Source: an uncultured Thermoplasmata archaeon (GTDB lineage: Archaea; Thermoplasmatota; Thermoplasmata; Halarchaeoplasmatales; Halarchaeoplasmataceae). Taken from it: a stretch of DNA of 12,533 nucleotides. The stretch lies in assembly GCA_964399335.1 (NCBI GenBank), contig CAYNQI010000029.1:1-12533 (forward strand), given 5' to 3'. The translations under genes were made by a program, and so were the position numbers. The notes beneath the pieces were generated by a model. The model was not told the DNA's origin and made no database searches. It was given only the letters and a program-made list of their open reading frames with translations. Each line of letters starts with the position of its first letter. Within the stretch, counting starts at the first letter, position 1. This document shows positions 1-7,203 of the stretch, in pieces.

Positions 1-158
1 CAGGTTTAGCTGCGGCATCGATATACATATCATCTATCAAATCCAATCAACGTAGGACACAACGAGAGGTTGCCGATGTAGCAGCCGTTACTGAAGTAAC
101 AGTCAGGAACAGGTACAAAGAGCTAGTTGAAGAACTGGGCATCGAGATAGACGTTTGA
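1..158 (+). CDS. tfb: Transcription initiation factor IIB (TFB), C-terminal fragment, 5' end outside window
   Basis: Frame from nt 3 reads [51 protein letters not shown] (TGA 156-158). This matches the second cyclin repeat/HTH motif of archaeal TFB (G.AAA.IY...[22 protein letters not shown]). Not in the ORF track. Confidence 0.95.
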   Translation, partial: GLAAASIYISSIKSNQRRTQREVADVAAVTEVTVRNRYKELVEELGIEIDV

Positions 159-176
159 AACCCATTTACCCTAAAC

Positions 177-189
177 TTTTTACTTTTTT
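177..189 (+). terminator. Oligo-T archaeal terminator after tfb
   Basis: TTTTTACTTTTTT begins 19 nt after the tfb stop codon. Confidence 0.6.
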
Positions 190-206
190 ACCAACCGGAT
201 GGATAA

Positions 207-214
207 TTTAAAAT
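207..214 (+). promoter_or_regulatory. Candidate TATA box for the hypothetical/GyrI-like gene pair
   Basis: TTTAAAAT about 45-50 nt upstream of ATG 259, with a GGGTG RBS-like sequence at 246-250. Confidence 0.4.
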
Positions 215-258
215 ATAGTGTTCACCCTATTTAGTCAAAATGAAAGGGTGTAGTGATC

Positions 259-480
259 ATGGATTTGGAAACTAAATTTTTCTTTGAAGTGTTGGAAGGC
301 AGCAAGAGTTTCGGGGATTTTGATGAGGTCCCAGAACAGGTGGAAGCTATAATCATGGAAGCAGTCATAGACACTTTGAACGAGAAATATGAGATCGAAA
401 TAACCATAAAAGATCTAGAGGATTTTTCCGAGCGGTATAAGAAAAATCTAGATAAAAGATTGAAAAAATATTTTAGTTGA
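259..480 (+). CDS. Small acidic hypothetical protein (73 aa from ATG 259; ORF track starts at GTG 253)
   Basis: Open frame MDLETKFFFEVLEG...KRLKKYFS with protein-like composition, an RBS-like GGGTG upstream, and only 17 nt to the next co-oriented gene. No family recognised. Confidence 0.65.
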   Translation: MDLETKFFFEVLEGSKSFGDFDEVPEQVEAIIMEAVIDTLNEKYEIEITIKDLEDFSERYKKNLDKRLKKYFS

Positions 481-497
481 GGACAGGTGAATGATCC

Positions 498-1025
498 ATG
501 GAAATAGATATTATCGATAAGGAAGCATTAAAATTGGTAGGTGTTGATTACTATGGACCTTTAGGATCTCTTGAGAACGGAAAAAATCCTATAGAGAACC
601 TCTGGGATAGGTTCGCTGCTTTTTGTGAGAATAGGTGGTACACCATCGAGGACATCGTTGTTGAAGAGGATGTATCTTACGAAGTCCATATGTGGAATCA
701 GGAAGAACTCGAGGAAACCCGTAATTTTATGGCATTTATCGGAGTAGAGATTGAGGAATTAGTTAATGTTCCGATAGAGTTAGTTGTTAAAGTAATACCT
801 GAAAGTCGATATGCTAGAATCCGTTTAGTTGGTGATGAGATCGCCAACTGGGAAGAACTAGTCTATAAGGAATGGTTAGAAAGTTCGGAATATCAAGTTC
901 GGTTGTTCGGAACTTACAGTTTGGATTATCAACGATATGATGAAAAGGTATTCAAGGGGATAGATAATTTAGAGGACTCTAGGCTTGATGTTTACATCCC
1001 CATAGAAGAATACATCGAGGTATAG
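498..1025 (+). CDS. Stand-alone GyrI-like / AraC effector-binding small-molecule-binding domain protein
   Basis: Family pattern is present: N-terminal I.DKE..KLVGV, I..LWDRF, F.GVEI, K.IP..RYA, IY.EWL..S.Y and D.YIPI. There is no HTH domain. RBS GGTGA at 486-490. Confidence 0.85.
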   Translation: MEIDIIDKEALKLVGVDYYGPLGSLENGKNPIENLWDRFAAFCENRWYTIEDIVVEEDVSYEVHMWNQEELEETRNFMAFIGVEIEELVNVPIELVVKVIPESRYARIRLVGDEIANWEELVYKEWLESSEYQVRLFGTYSLDYQRYDEKVFKGIDNLEDSRLDVYIPIEEYIEV

Positions 1026-1026
1026 G

Positions 1027-2169
1027 TCATTTTTCGAAGTGATCCGCTACCTCTTCTAGCAGATCCATGATCGGTAAATTTTGAGGACAAGCTTCCTCAC
1101 ACTGACCACATCTTATACATGCGCTGGCTCTTTTTTCTTCTTTTAGTCGATCCATGTACTTTTCTTTGTTATCTTCGTATTCATCGTAGATCTCAGCCTG
1201 GTTGTAAAGTCTGAAATTCGAAGTTATAGCCACGTCGTTAGGGCACGGCATGCAGTAATTACAGCCGGTACATTCTACAGGTGATATCTCGCGATATTTC
1301 TCAGCTACTTCATCAACTATTTCTAGGTCTTTATCCGACAGTTTATCTATACCTGAATTTGCAGCGATCTCAACGTTCTCTTTTACCTGATCCAAGGTAC
1401 TCATTCCGCTGAGTACAAGTGAAACTTCTGGCTGGTCCCACAGCCATCTAAGAGCCCATTCTACCGGTGACCAGTCTTTATCAGCTTTACTCCAGATCTT
1501 CTTTATCGATCCTGGAGGTTCTCTGGCAAGTTTACCTCCTCTTAAAGGTTCCATTATGATGACACCTAGACCCTTCGATGAGGCGTACTCTAATCCCTTT
1601 CTTCCGGCCTGAAATTCCTGGTCTAAGTAATTGTACTGTATCTGACAGAAATCCCAATCATAAGTATCTACGATCTCTTTGAAGATATCGAAGTCGTCAT
1701 GGAAAGAGAATCCTAGATAACCTATCTTACCTTCATCTCTCTTCTCCTTCATCCATTCGAATACGTCCTTTTCTAGGTTTTGATATATCTTCCAGTGCTT
1801 TCTGCCTAGTGAATGCAAAAGGTAAAAATCGATATGATCCGTATCTAAATTTTCAAGCTGCTTGTTCAAGTAGTGATCCAGGTCTTCGACCTTTTCTATA
1901 TCCCATGATGGCATCTTAGTAGCTATTTTGACCTTTTCTCGGTATCCGTCTTTGAGAACTTTGGCTACTAGTTTTTCACTTTCCTTATCATGATAGGGCC
2001 ATGCCGTATCGATGTAATTTACACCATTATCGATGGCGTAACGTATCATCTCTATGGATTCACTCTCTTTGATATCTCCCCGTTCATCACCTTCGTAAGG
2101 TAACCGCATGGCACCGAACCCTAATGCAGAAGGTTTCCAATCCAGTTCTCCAAATTTTCTATAATGCAT
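1027..2169 (-). CDS. Aldo/keto reductase with C-terminal 2x[4Fe-4S] dicluster domain (COG1453-like)
   Basis: AKR motifs LGFGAMRLP, YIDTAWPYH, IATK, YLLH, GFSFH, QIQYNYLD and IMEPLRGG are present, plus Cys motifs CTGCNYCMPCP and CIRCGQCEEACP. RBS-like GAGGTCA lies 7 nt upstream on the minus strand. Confidence 0.93.
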   Translation of the reverse strand: MHYRKFGELDWKPSALGFGAMRLPYEGDERGDIKESESIEMIRYAIDNGVNYIDTAWPYHDKESEKLVAKVLKDGYREKVKIATKMPSWDIEKVEDLDHYLNKQLENLDTDHIDFYLLHSLGRKHWKIYQNLEKDVFEWMKEKRDEGKIGYLGFSFHDDFDIFKEIVDTYDWDFCQIQYNYLDQEFQAGRKGLEYASSKGLGVIIMEPLRGGKLAREPPGSIKKIWSKADKDWSPVEWALRWLWDQPEVSLVLSGMSTLDQVKENVEIAANSGIDKLSDKDLEIVDEVAEKYREISPVECTGCNYCMPCPNDVAITSNFRLYNQAEIYDEYEDNKEKYMDRLKEEKRASACIRCGQCEEACPQNLPIMDLLEEVADHFEK

Positions 2170-2190
2170 AGATCGTGACCTCGTTTTGAT

Positions 2191-2230
2191 ATTATATACA
2201 ATTAGGTTTTTGGATGGAATTTATAATTTT
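2191..2230 (-). promoter_or_regulatory. Candidate TATA boxes for the AKR gene
   Basis: Minus strand shows TATATAAT (2191-2198, about 26 nt from ATG, leaderless geometry) and AAAATTATAAAT (2219-2230, compatible with a leader carrying the RBS). Confidence 0.4.
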
Positions 2231-2271
2231 TGCACAGTTTTGAATTGTTTTAGGGCAATTAGACGACTTAT

Positions 2272-2336
2272 CGAAATAAAAACGTATATATAGAACCTCT
2301 ATATACATAAATTAAACAAATTGATAATAAGGTGAT
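2272..2336 (+). promoter_or_regulatory. Thermosome promoter: BRE-like purine run, TATA box, overlapping 8-3-8 inverted repeat and RBS
   Basis: CGAAATAAAAAC is followed by GTATATATAG, the inverted repeat TATATAGA-ACC-TCTATATA (2287-2305), and RBS GGTGAT at 2331-2336, 5 nt before ATG 2342. Confidence 0.65.
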
Positions 2337-2341
2337 ATAAT

Positions 2342-4000
2342 ATGTTCGGTGGAAACCAACCAATACTGTTATTAAAAGAAGGAACAAAACGTGAAAGAGG
2401 AGAGGACGCTCAAAGGAGGAATATCGCAGCCGCTAAAGCTATAGCTGGAGCTGTTAGAACGACATTAGGTCCAAAGGGAATGGACAAGATGCTCGTAGAT
2501 AGTTTAGGCGATGTTGTGATCACCAACGACGGAGCGACCATCCTAAGTGAGATAGATATTGAACATCCAGCTGCCAAGATGGTAGTCGAAGTTGCTGAGA
2601 GTCAGGACGACGAATGTGGAGATGGAACAACTTCTGTTGTAGTTTTAGCAGGAGAGTTCTTGAAGAAAGCTGAGGACCTGATAGACCAGAAGATCCATCC
2701 AAGTGTGATCGCAAAGGGATTCAGACTCGCAGCTTTAGAAGCTCAAAAGATCTTAGATGAAGAGCACATCGACATCACCATCGACGACGATGAGAAATTG
2801 AACGAGATCGCTAAAACAGCCATGACCGGTAAAGCAATAGAAGGGAACAAAGATGAACTAGCAGAGATGACCGTCAAAGCGGTCAAGCAGATCGCAGATA
2901 AGATCGATGGTGAATATGTAGCAGATATCGACAATATCAAAGTCGAGAAGAAAGCAGGTGCTAGTGTTGATAAGTCAGAGATGATAAACGGTATAATCTT
3001 GGATAAGGAACGATTACACGATAGGATGCCAAAAGAAGTCAAAGATGCAAAGATAGCATTACTGAGCTCTGCAATTGAGATCAAAGAAACAGAGATAGAT
3101 GCAGAGATCGAGATAACCGATCCAAAACAGTTACAGCAGTTCATAGATGAAGAGGAAGAATCTATCAAGAAGATGATCAAAAAGATAAAAGACGTCGGTG
3201 CAAACGTCGTATTGTGTCAAAAGGGTATCGATGACCTAGCTCAGCACTATTTGGCAAAGGAAGGTATATTCGCTATCAGAAGGGTCAAGAAATCCGATAT
3301 GAAGAAGCTCGCTAAATCCACAGGAGCCAATATCGTTACGAATCTAGATGACCTTGAAGAAGCGGACCTTGGAGGAGCTGGTTTGGTACACGAAACCCAT
3401 GTAGGCGACAGTCACATGACATTTGTAGAAGATGCTGAAAAAGGAAAAGCAGTATCACTCCTATTAAGAGGCGGTACGGAACATGTGGTTGACGAGTTAG
3501 AAAGAGCCATCCACGACGCATTGAAAGTCGTTGCAGTGGCTATAGAAGACGGTGCTATCTTACCTGGTGGTGGAGCAACTGAGATAGAATTGAGCAACAA
3601 GCTCAAGGATTATGCTGGAACCATAAAGGGTAGAGAACAGCTAGCTGTCAACGCTTTTGCAGACGCTCTTACAGTCATACCAAGGACCTTAGCAGAGAAC
3701 GCTGGCCTTGATGGTATAGACGTTTTGATGGGATTGAACACAGCCCACGAAAAAGATGGACTATTGAGACAAGGTATAGAGATCAACAGCGGAGAGATAA
3801 TGGACATGGTCGATGCAAAAGTCATCGAGCCGTTCAGAGTCAAGAACCAGGCGATCCAGGCAGCCACAGAAGTGGCAAACATGATACTGAGGATAGACGA
3901 TGTCGTTGCTTCCAAAGGTGGAGGCGGCGGTGGAGAAGAAGCAGGCGGTCCACCAGGTGGAATGCCCGGCGGTATGGGCGGAATGCCTGGAATGATGTAG
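2342..4000 (+). CDS. ths: Thermosome subunit (group II chaperonin, CCT/TCP-1 family); alpha/beta assignment not determinable
   Basis: Motifs [47 protein letters not shown] and MILRIDD are present, with a Gly/Met-rich C-terminal tail. Strong RBS. Confidence 0.98.
   Translation: MFGGNQPILLLKEGTKRERGEDAQRRNIAAAKAIAGAVRTTLGPKGMDKMLVDSLGDVVITNDGATILSEIDIEHPAAKMVVEVAESQDDECGDGTTSVVVLAGEFLKKAEDLIDQKIHPSVIAKGFRLAALEAQKILDEEHIDITIDDDEKLNEIAKTAMTGKAIEGNKDELAEMTVKAVKQIADKIDGEYVADIDNIKVEKKAGASVDKSEMINGIILDKERLHDRMPKEVKDAKIALLSSAIEIKETEIDAEIEITDPKQLQQFIDEEEESIKKMIKKIKDVGANVVLCQKGIDDLAQHYLAKEGIFAIRRVKKSDMKKLAKSTGANIVTNLDDLEEADLGGAGLVHETHVGDSHMTFVEDAEKGKAVSLLLRGGTEHVVDELERAIHDALKVVAVAIEDGAILPGGGATEIELSNKLKDYAGTIKGREQLAVNAFADALTVIPRTLAENAGLDGIDVLMGLNTAHEKDGLLRQGIEINSGEIMDMVDAKVIEPFRVKNQAIQAATEVANMILRIDDVVASKGGGGGGEEAGGPPGGMPGGMGGMPGMM
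3917..3997 (+). repeat. Low-complexity GGM-type coding tail of the thermosome ([27 protein letters not shown])
   Basis: Repeated GGN/ATG codons, typical of chaperonin C-termini. Confidence 0.8.
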
Positions 4001-4042
4001 AATCAATAAAGGATAAACTGCTCTAAAATCTTTCAAAAACCC

Positions 4043-4053
4043 TTTCTTTTTTT
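4043..4053 (+). terminator. Oligo-T terminator after the thermosome, in a convergent intergenic region
   Basis: TTTCTTTTTTT about 43 nt after the stop. A nearby A-run (4035-4039) could serve the opposite strand. Confidence 0.6.
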
Positions 4054-4068
4054 CACATTTTTGCTAAA

Positions 4069-4323
4069 TCAGTACTTGATCTTGAGAACTAGTAAAATAC
4101 CTACAAAAGTCATCCCTATAGAGTTTCCTATGATGTAGACCATATTGTCCACTTCTAAGACCGTGTATACCTGAAGGCCGATGAAAGAGAAAAAAGCGAC
4201 TATTAGGAAGAGAAGGGATAGATCTCGAGTCTGTTTAGTTTTGACAACTTGAAACACCTGGATGCCCCAGCCTAGATTTAAGAGAATTATAGATATTAAT
4301 CCCAAAGCGGATAAAAATTCCAT
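4069..4323 (-). CDS. SemiSWEET/PQ-loop-like three-TM half transporter (divergent)
   Basis: 84 aa with three hydrophobic segments and the family loop KTKQTRDLSL and late GN. The PQ motif reads IQ. The start overlaps the tmk stop (TGATG). Confidence 0.75.
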   Translation of the reverse strand: MEFLSALGLISIILLNLGWGIQVFQVVKTKQTRDLSLLFLIVAFFSFIGLQVYTVLEVDNMVYIIGNSIGMTFVGILLVLKIKY

Positions 4324-4904
4324 CAGTCCACATCCTTTTCGGTCTGATCGATCAATTCTTTGACCTGCGAGAGAACTTCTTTTGGACTCTGTCCAGCATC
4401 GATTATCCGCCAGTTGTGTTTATCTGCTAACGTTAGGTAGTTCTCTCTGACCTTTTTAAGGAATTCCATCTTCTCGTACTTGCTTTTGATATCTCTGTTT
4501 GAAATCCTTTCTAAAGCGGTTTCTGTATCTATATCGAATAGGATGGTTAGGTCCGGTTCTAAAATGAAAGGCATCTGGATAGATTCGGTGTACTCTAGGG
4601 ATATTTCATCGCTGGCAGCTTGATACGCTGATGTGGAACCCCAGTACCTGTCACAGATGACGGTTTTACCGCTATCCAATTTCTCTTCGATATCTTCTGT
4701 ATGTTCCACTCTGTCAGCTAGATAAAGAAAAAGATCTAGGTACGGTGAGTGCTGTCGATTAGCTGCTTTTTTTGCTAGTTTCCCAGCTTCCGAGTCTGAT
4801 GGTTCCTGGGTAAAGTAGTAATTTGGATGGAACTTTTTAAGGGATCTGACCACACTAGATTTACCTGACCCGTCGATCCCTTCGAGTACGATGAACGATG
4901 CCAT
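4323..4904 (-). CDS. tmk: Thymidylate (dTMP) kinase; likely start ATG 4904 (MASFIVLEG...), ORF track extends to 4925
   Basis: P-loop EGIDGSGKS, TQEP, ICDRY..ST.AYQ and PDLTILFDI motifs. Confidence 0.95.
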   Translation of the reverse strand: MASFIVLEGIDGSGKSSVVRSLKKFHPNYYFTQEPSDSEAGKLAKKAANRQHSPYLDLFLYLADRVEHTEDIEEKLDSGKTVICDRYWGSTSAYQAASDEISLEYTESIQMPFILEPDLTILFDIDTETALERISNRDIKSKYEKMEFLKKVRENYLTLADKHNWRIIDAGQSPKEVLSQVKELIDQTEKDVD

Positions 4905-4924
4905 AAAAGTTGTAGAAATGAACA

Positions 4925-4942
4925 TGTAAATAGATTTTTTCG
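4925..4942 (-). promoter_or_regulatory. Candidate BRE/TATA for leaderless tmk
   Basis: Minus strand reads CGAAAAAA-TC-TATTTACA, centred about 24 nt upstream of ATG 4904. No RBS. Confidence 0.45.
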
Positions 4943-4960
4943 ATTAGAACGGGCATTATC

Positions 4961-4968
4961 TTTAAGTA
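4961..4968 (+). promoter_or_regulatory. Candidate TATA box for the lsm-rpl37e operon
   Basis: TTTAAGTA about 30 nt upstream of ATG 4999, divergent from the tmk promoter. Confidence 0.5.
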
Positions 4969-4998
4969 GAAGGAGTCATAATGCAGGATTGAATTCAT

Positions 4999-5220
4999 AT
5001 GGAAGATAATAGACCGCTCACCGTCTTGAATAGGAACCTCGGAAATAAAGTCATAGTAGAGTTAAGATATGGGAAAGAATACAGGGGCACGTTAGATGGA
5101 TACGATCCACATCTGAATCTCGTCATGACCAACGTCAAGGAATTCCAAGATGGAGAACAAGTTAGAGAGATGGATACGGCCCTCGTAAGAGGGGATAACG
5201 TGATCTACGTTTCACCTTAA
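4999..5220 (+). CDS. lsm: Archaeal Sm/Lsm (SmAP1-type) RNA-binding protein
   Basis: Sm1 motif (RPL..L..N LGNKVIVEL..G.EYRGTLDGYDPHLNLV) and Sm2 motif (LVRGDNVIYVSP), in the conserved position upstream of rpl37e. Confidence 0.95.
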   Translation: MEDNRPLTVLNRNLGNKVIVELRYGKEYRGTLDGYDPHLNLVMTNVKEFQDGEQVREMDTALVRGDNVIYVSP

Positions 5221-5235
5221 ATGGAGTGATCATCT

Positions 5236-5397
5236 ATGAGTAAAGGCACCCCTTCAAAAGGAAAATCAGGAAAAACACACATACCGTGTAGACGATGTGG
5301 TAAGAAGGCGTTCAACCTCAGGAAGAAAGTATGCGCATCCTGTGGTTTCGGGAAGTCATCTAAGAGAAGGGAGTATAACTGGGCTAAAGATCATTGA
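5236..5397 (+). CDS. rpl37e: 50S ribosomal protein L37e (53 aa)
   Basis: Translated by hand: [53 protein letters not shown], with a C2-C2 zinc finger. RBS GGAGTGAT at 5223-5230. Too short for the ORF track. Confidence 0.96.
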   Translation: MSKGTPSKGKSGKTHIPCRRCGKKAFNLRKKVCASCGFGKSSKRREYNWAKDH

Positions 5398-5505
5398 ATT
5401 TACATCGTCCAGAACTAACGAAAATATTATTTATTAGTTAATACTTTAATGCTCCTGACCATGAATAAGGGTCCAAGATCGAAAAGAGAGGAAGAGCAAG
5501 TTCAG

Positions 5506-5525
5506 ATATATATGGATTATATGCT
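5506..5525 (+). repeat. Copy 1 of a 20-bp intergenic motif ATATATATGGATTATATGCT
   Basis: 18/20 identical to 7559-7578. Confidence 0.7.
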
Positions 5526-5676
5526 AGCATTTGAAGTCGATTTTCAACCTTGGTCTGTAAGTCAAAACAAGGCTTCATGATAAACTCATACAATATTATG
5601 ATATTATTTTATGAGGCGATATCATGGAGGTAAGAATGGGGTGGCTGGCATTTATGTTTGATGGGGGGGAAAAACC

Positions 5677-7203
5677 ATAATTGATCCATTTTACCATTCA
5701 CCGGCACTTATCGTATTTATACCACTCATTTCATCCTTGATAATTGCCTCAGTAGGCTTCATCTCGAAAAAACTACAACACATTTTATTCTTCATCGCCT
5801 TGCTTATCACAGCCTTTTTTGGAATATTGATGTCATATGAGATCTATACCGTTGGTGATTGGAGTTTTGCAATCGAACTCGGATCTATGAGACTTACATC
5901 TGGCGATCATGTATTCATGATGTATTTCTTAGCTGATGGTGTTTCAGCCATGGCCACCATAATCCTTTCGATAACTTCTGTGGCAGCAGGTTTATATTCA
6001 TATACAAATTTGATGGAAGAAGAAGACAGCATCACCAGGTATTACATCCTGTTTTTGATCACGGTTGCTGGAACCCATGGTATGATATTCTCTGCGAACC
6101 TTTTCAACAGATTTTTATGGTTTCAGGTGGTCATCGCATCTACGTCTGCTCTGGTAGCTTTTAGAAAATACGATGATCGAGCTTTTGAAGCTGCATTAAA
6201 ATATCTAGTTTTGGGCTGTATAGCTTGGTTTTTCTTTTTATTCTCTATCGGTATCGCTTACGGAGTTCATGGGGAGATGCAGTTTTATGAATTAGCTGAG
6301 GGTATAACTGGAGGTTTTGCAGATAGGATAGCTATGGCTATACTAATAGTTGTGATGGCCTTTAAATCGGGAGCTGTACCTGTACATTTTGTCAAACCTG
6401 ATGCTTACTCAAGAGCACCATCATCAGTAACAGTCGTTATGGTGGTGGTAAGTCAGGCAGGATTATGGACGATGTTCAGGATCGTTTTCAATGTTTATGG
6501 AACCGCTGTAAATACTTACATAGTTGGGTGGGTGGTGATAATGTTGGGGATACTTTCAGCTTTCATCGGTGTTTCCATGGCATTGGTACAGAGGTCTATA
6601 AAAAGGCTGATGGCATACCATGCGATCTCACAGACCGGGTATATGTTACTTGGTGTAGGTGTAGGAATAGCTGTGATGGGCACCACTGATATGGGAATAT
6701 TCGGCAGGGATGCGATGGTTGGAGGTATATTTCATATAATCAATCATGCGATCTATAAAGGGCTTTTATTTTTAACAGCTGGAGCCATAATATATAAAAC
6801 AGGTGAAAGGGACCTAAATAAGATGGGGGGCCTGGGACGCTCTATGAAATGGACTATGTTATTTTTTATAATCGGGGCCCTGGCGATATCTGGAGTTCCC
6901 CCATTAAACGGATTCACTTCTAAACTAATTATTTATAGATCGGTATATATGTTCAATCCGGTTCTATCGGTCGTGGCTATGTTGGTGAGTATATTAACAT
7001 TAGCGTCGTTCTATAAGGTGTTCCACTCTGTATTTATGGGGGCTAGTAGGGAAAAATATAATGATATAAAAGAAGAACCTTTGACCATGTTGGTAGGGAT
7101 GGGTATACTTGCCTTTGCTGTTATCCTGCTGAGTATATTCCCAGGAAGAGCTATTGCTATACTTGTTGAACCCGCCGTAGAGGCATTAGGGGTGATCTCA
7201 TGA
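5677..7203 (+). CDS. Antiporter-like membrane subunit (MbhH / MrpD / NuoN-M family, Proton_antipo_M); start uncertain (ATA 5677 favoured, first TTG 5737)
   Basis: About 14 TM segments with motifs EAALKYL, FKSG..P.HF.KPDAY..AP, KRLMAYH.ISQ.GY, FH..NHA.YKGLLFL.AG and GVPPLNGF.SK. The frame stays open upstream of 5737 (DPFYHSPALIVFIPLISS, TM1-like) back to an in-frame TGA at 5659. Confidence 0.9.
   Translation: MIDPFYHSPALIVFIPLISSLIIASVGFISKKLQHILFFIALLITAFFGILMSYEIYTVGDWSFAIELGSMRLTSGDHVFMMYFLADGVSAMATIILSITSVAAGLYSYTNLMEEEDSITRYYILFLITVAGTHGMIFSANLFNRFLWFQVVIASTSALVAFRKYDDRAFEAALKYLVLGCIAWFFFLFSIGIAYGVHGEMQFYELAEGITGGFADRIAMAILIVVMAFKSGAVPVHFVKPDAYSRAPSSVTVVMVVVSQAGLWTMFRIVFNVYGTAVNTYIVGWVVIMLGILSAFIGVSMALVQRSIKRLMAYHAISQTGYMLLGVGVGIAVMGTTDMGIFGRDAMVGGIFHIINHAIYKGLLFLTAGAIIYKTGERDLNKMGGLGRSMKWTMLFFIIGALAISGVPPLNGFTSKLIIYRSVYMFNPVLSVVAMLVSILTLASFYKVFHSVFMGASREKYNDIKEEPLTMLVGMGILAFAVILLSIFPGRAIAILVEPAVEALGVIS

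Noticed and set aside
3917-3997. GGM-type repeats as a novel repeat element
   Set aside because: This is the ordinary chaperonin C-terminal tail.
2520-4036. Six minus-strand ORFs (2520-2714, 2743-3180, 3336-3521, 3412-3606, 3610-3915, 3761-4036)
   Set aside because: Antisense shadows of the highly conserved thermosome gene, with Ser/Ile-rich composition and no RBS or motifs.
4905-4925. MFISTTF extension of tmk
   Set aside because: Tmk homology begins at MASFIVLEG, and the promoter geometry fits ATG 4904.
4971-4992. AGGAG followed by the mini-ORF ATG-CAG-GAT-TGA upstream of lsm
   Set aside because: It lies between the TATA box and the predicted TSS, so it is probably not transcribed. Three codons is within chance.
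5521-5530. 10-bp perfect palindrome ATGCTAGCAT
   Set aside because: Palindromes this short are expected several times per window by chance.
6465-6689. Alternative-frame 74-aa ORF inside the antiporter-like gene
   Set aside because: Fully nested in a conserved CDS, with no family features.
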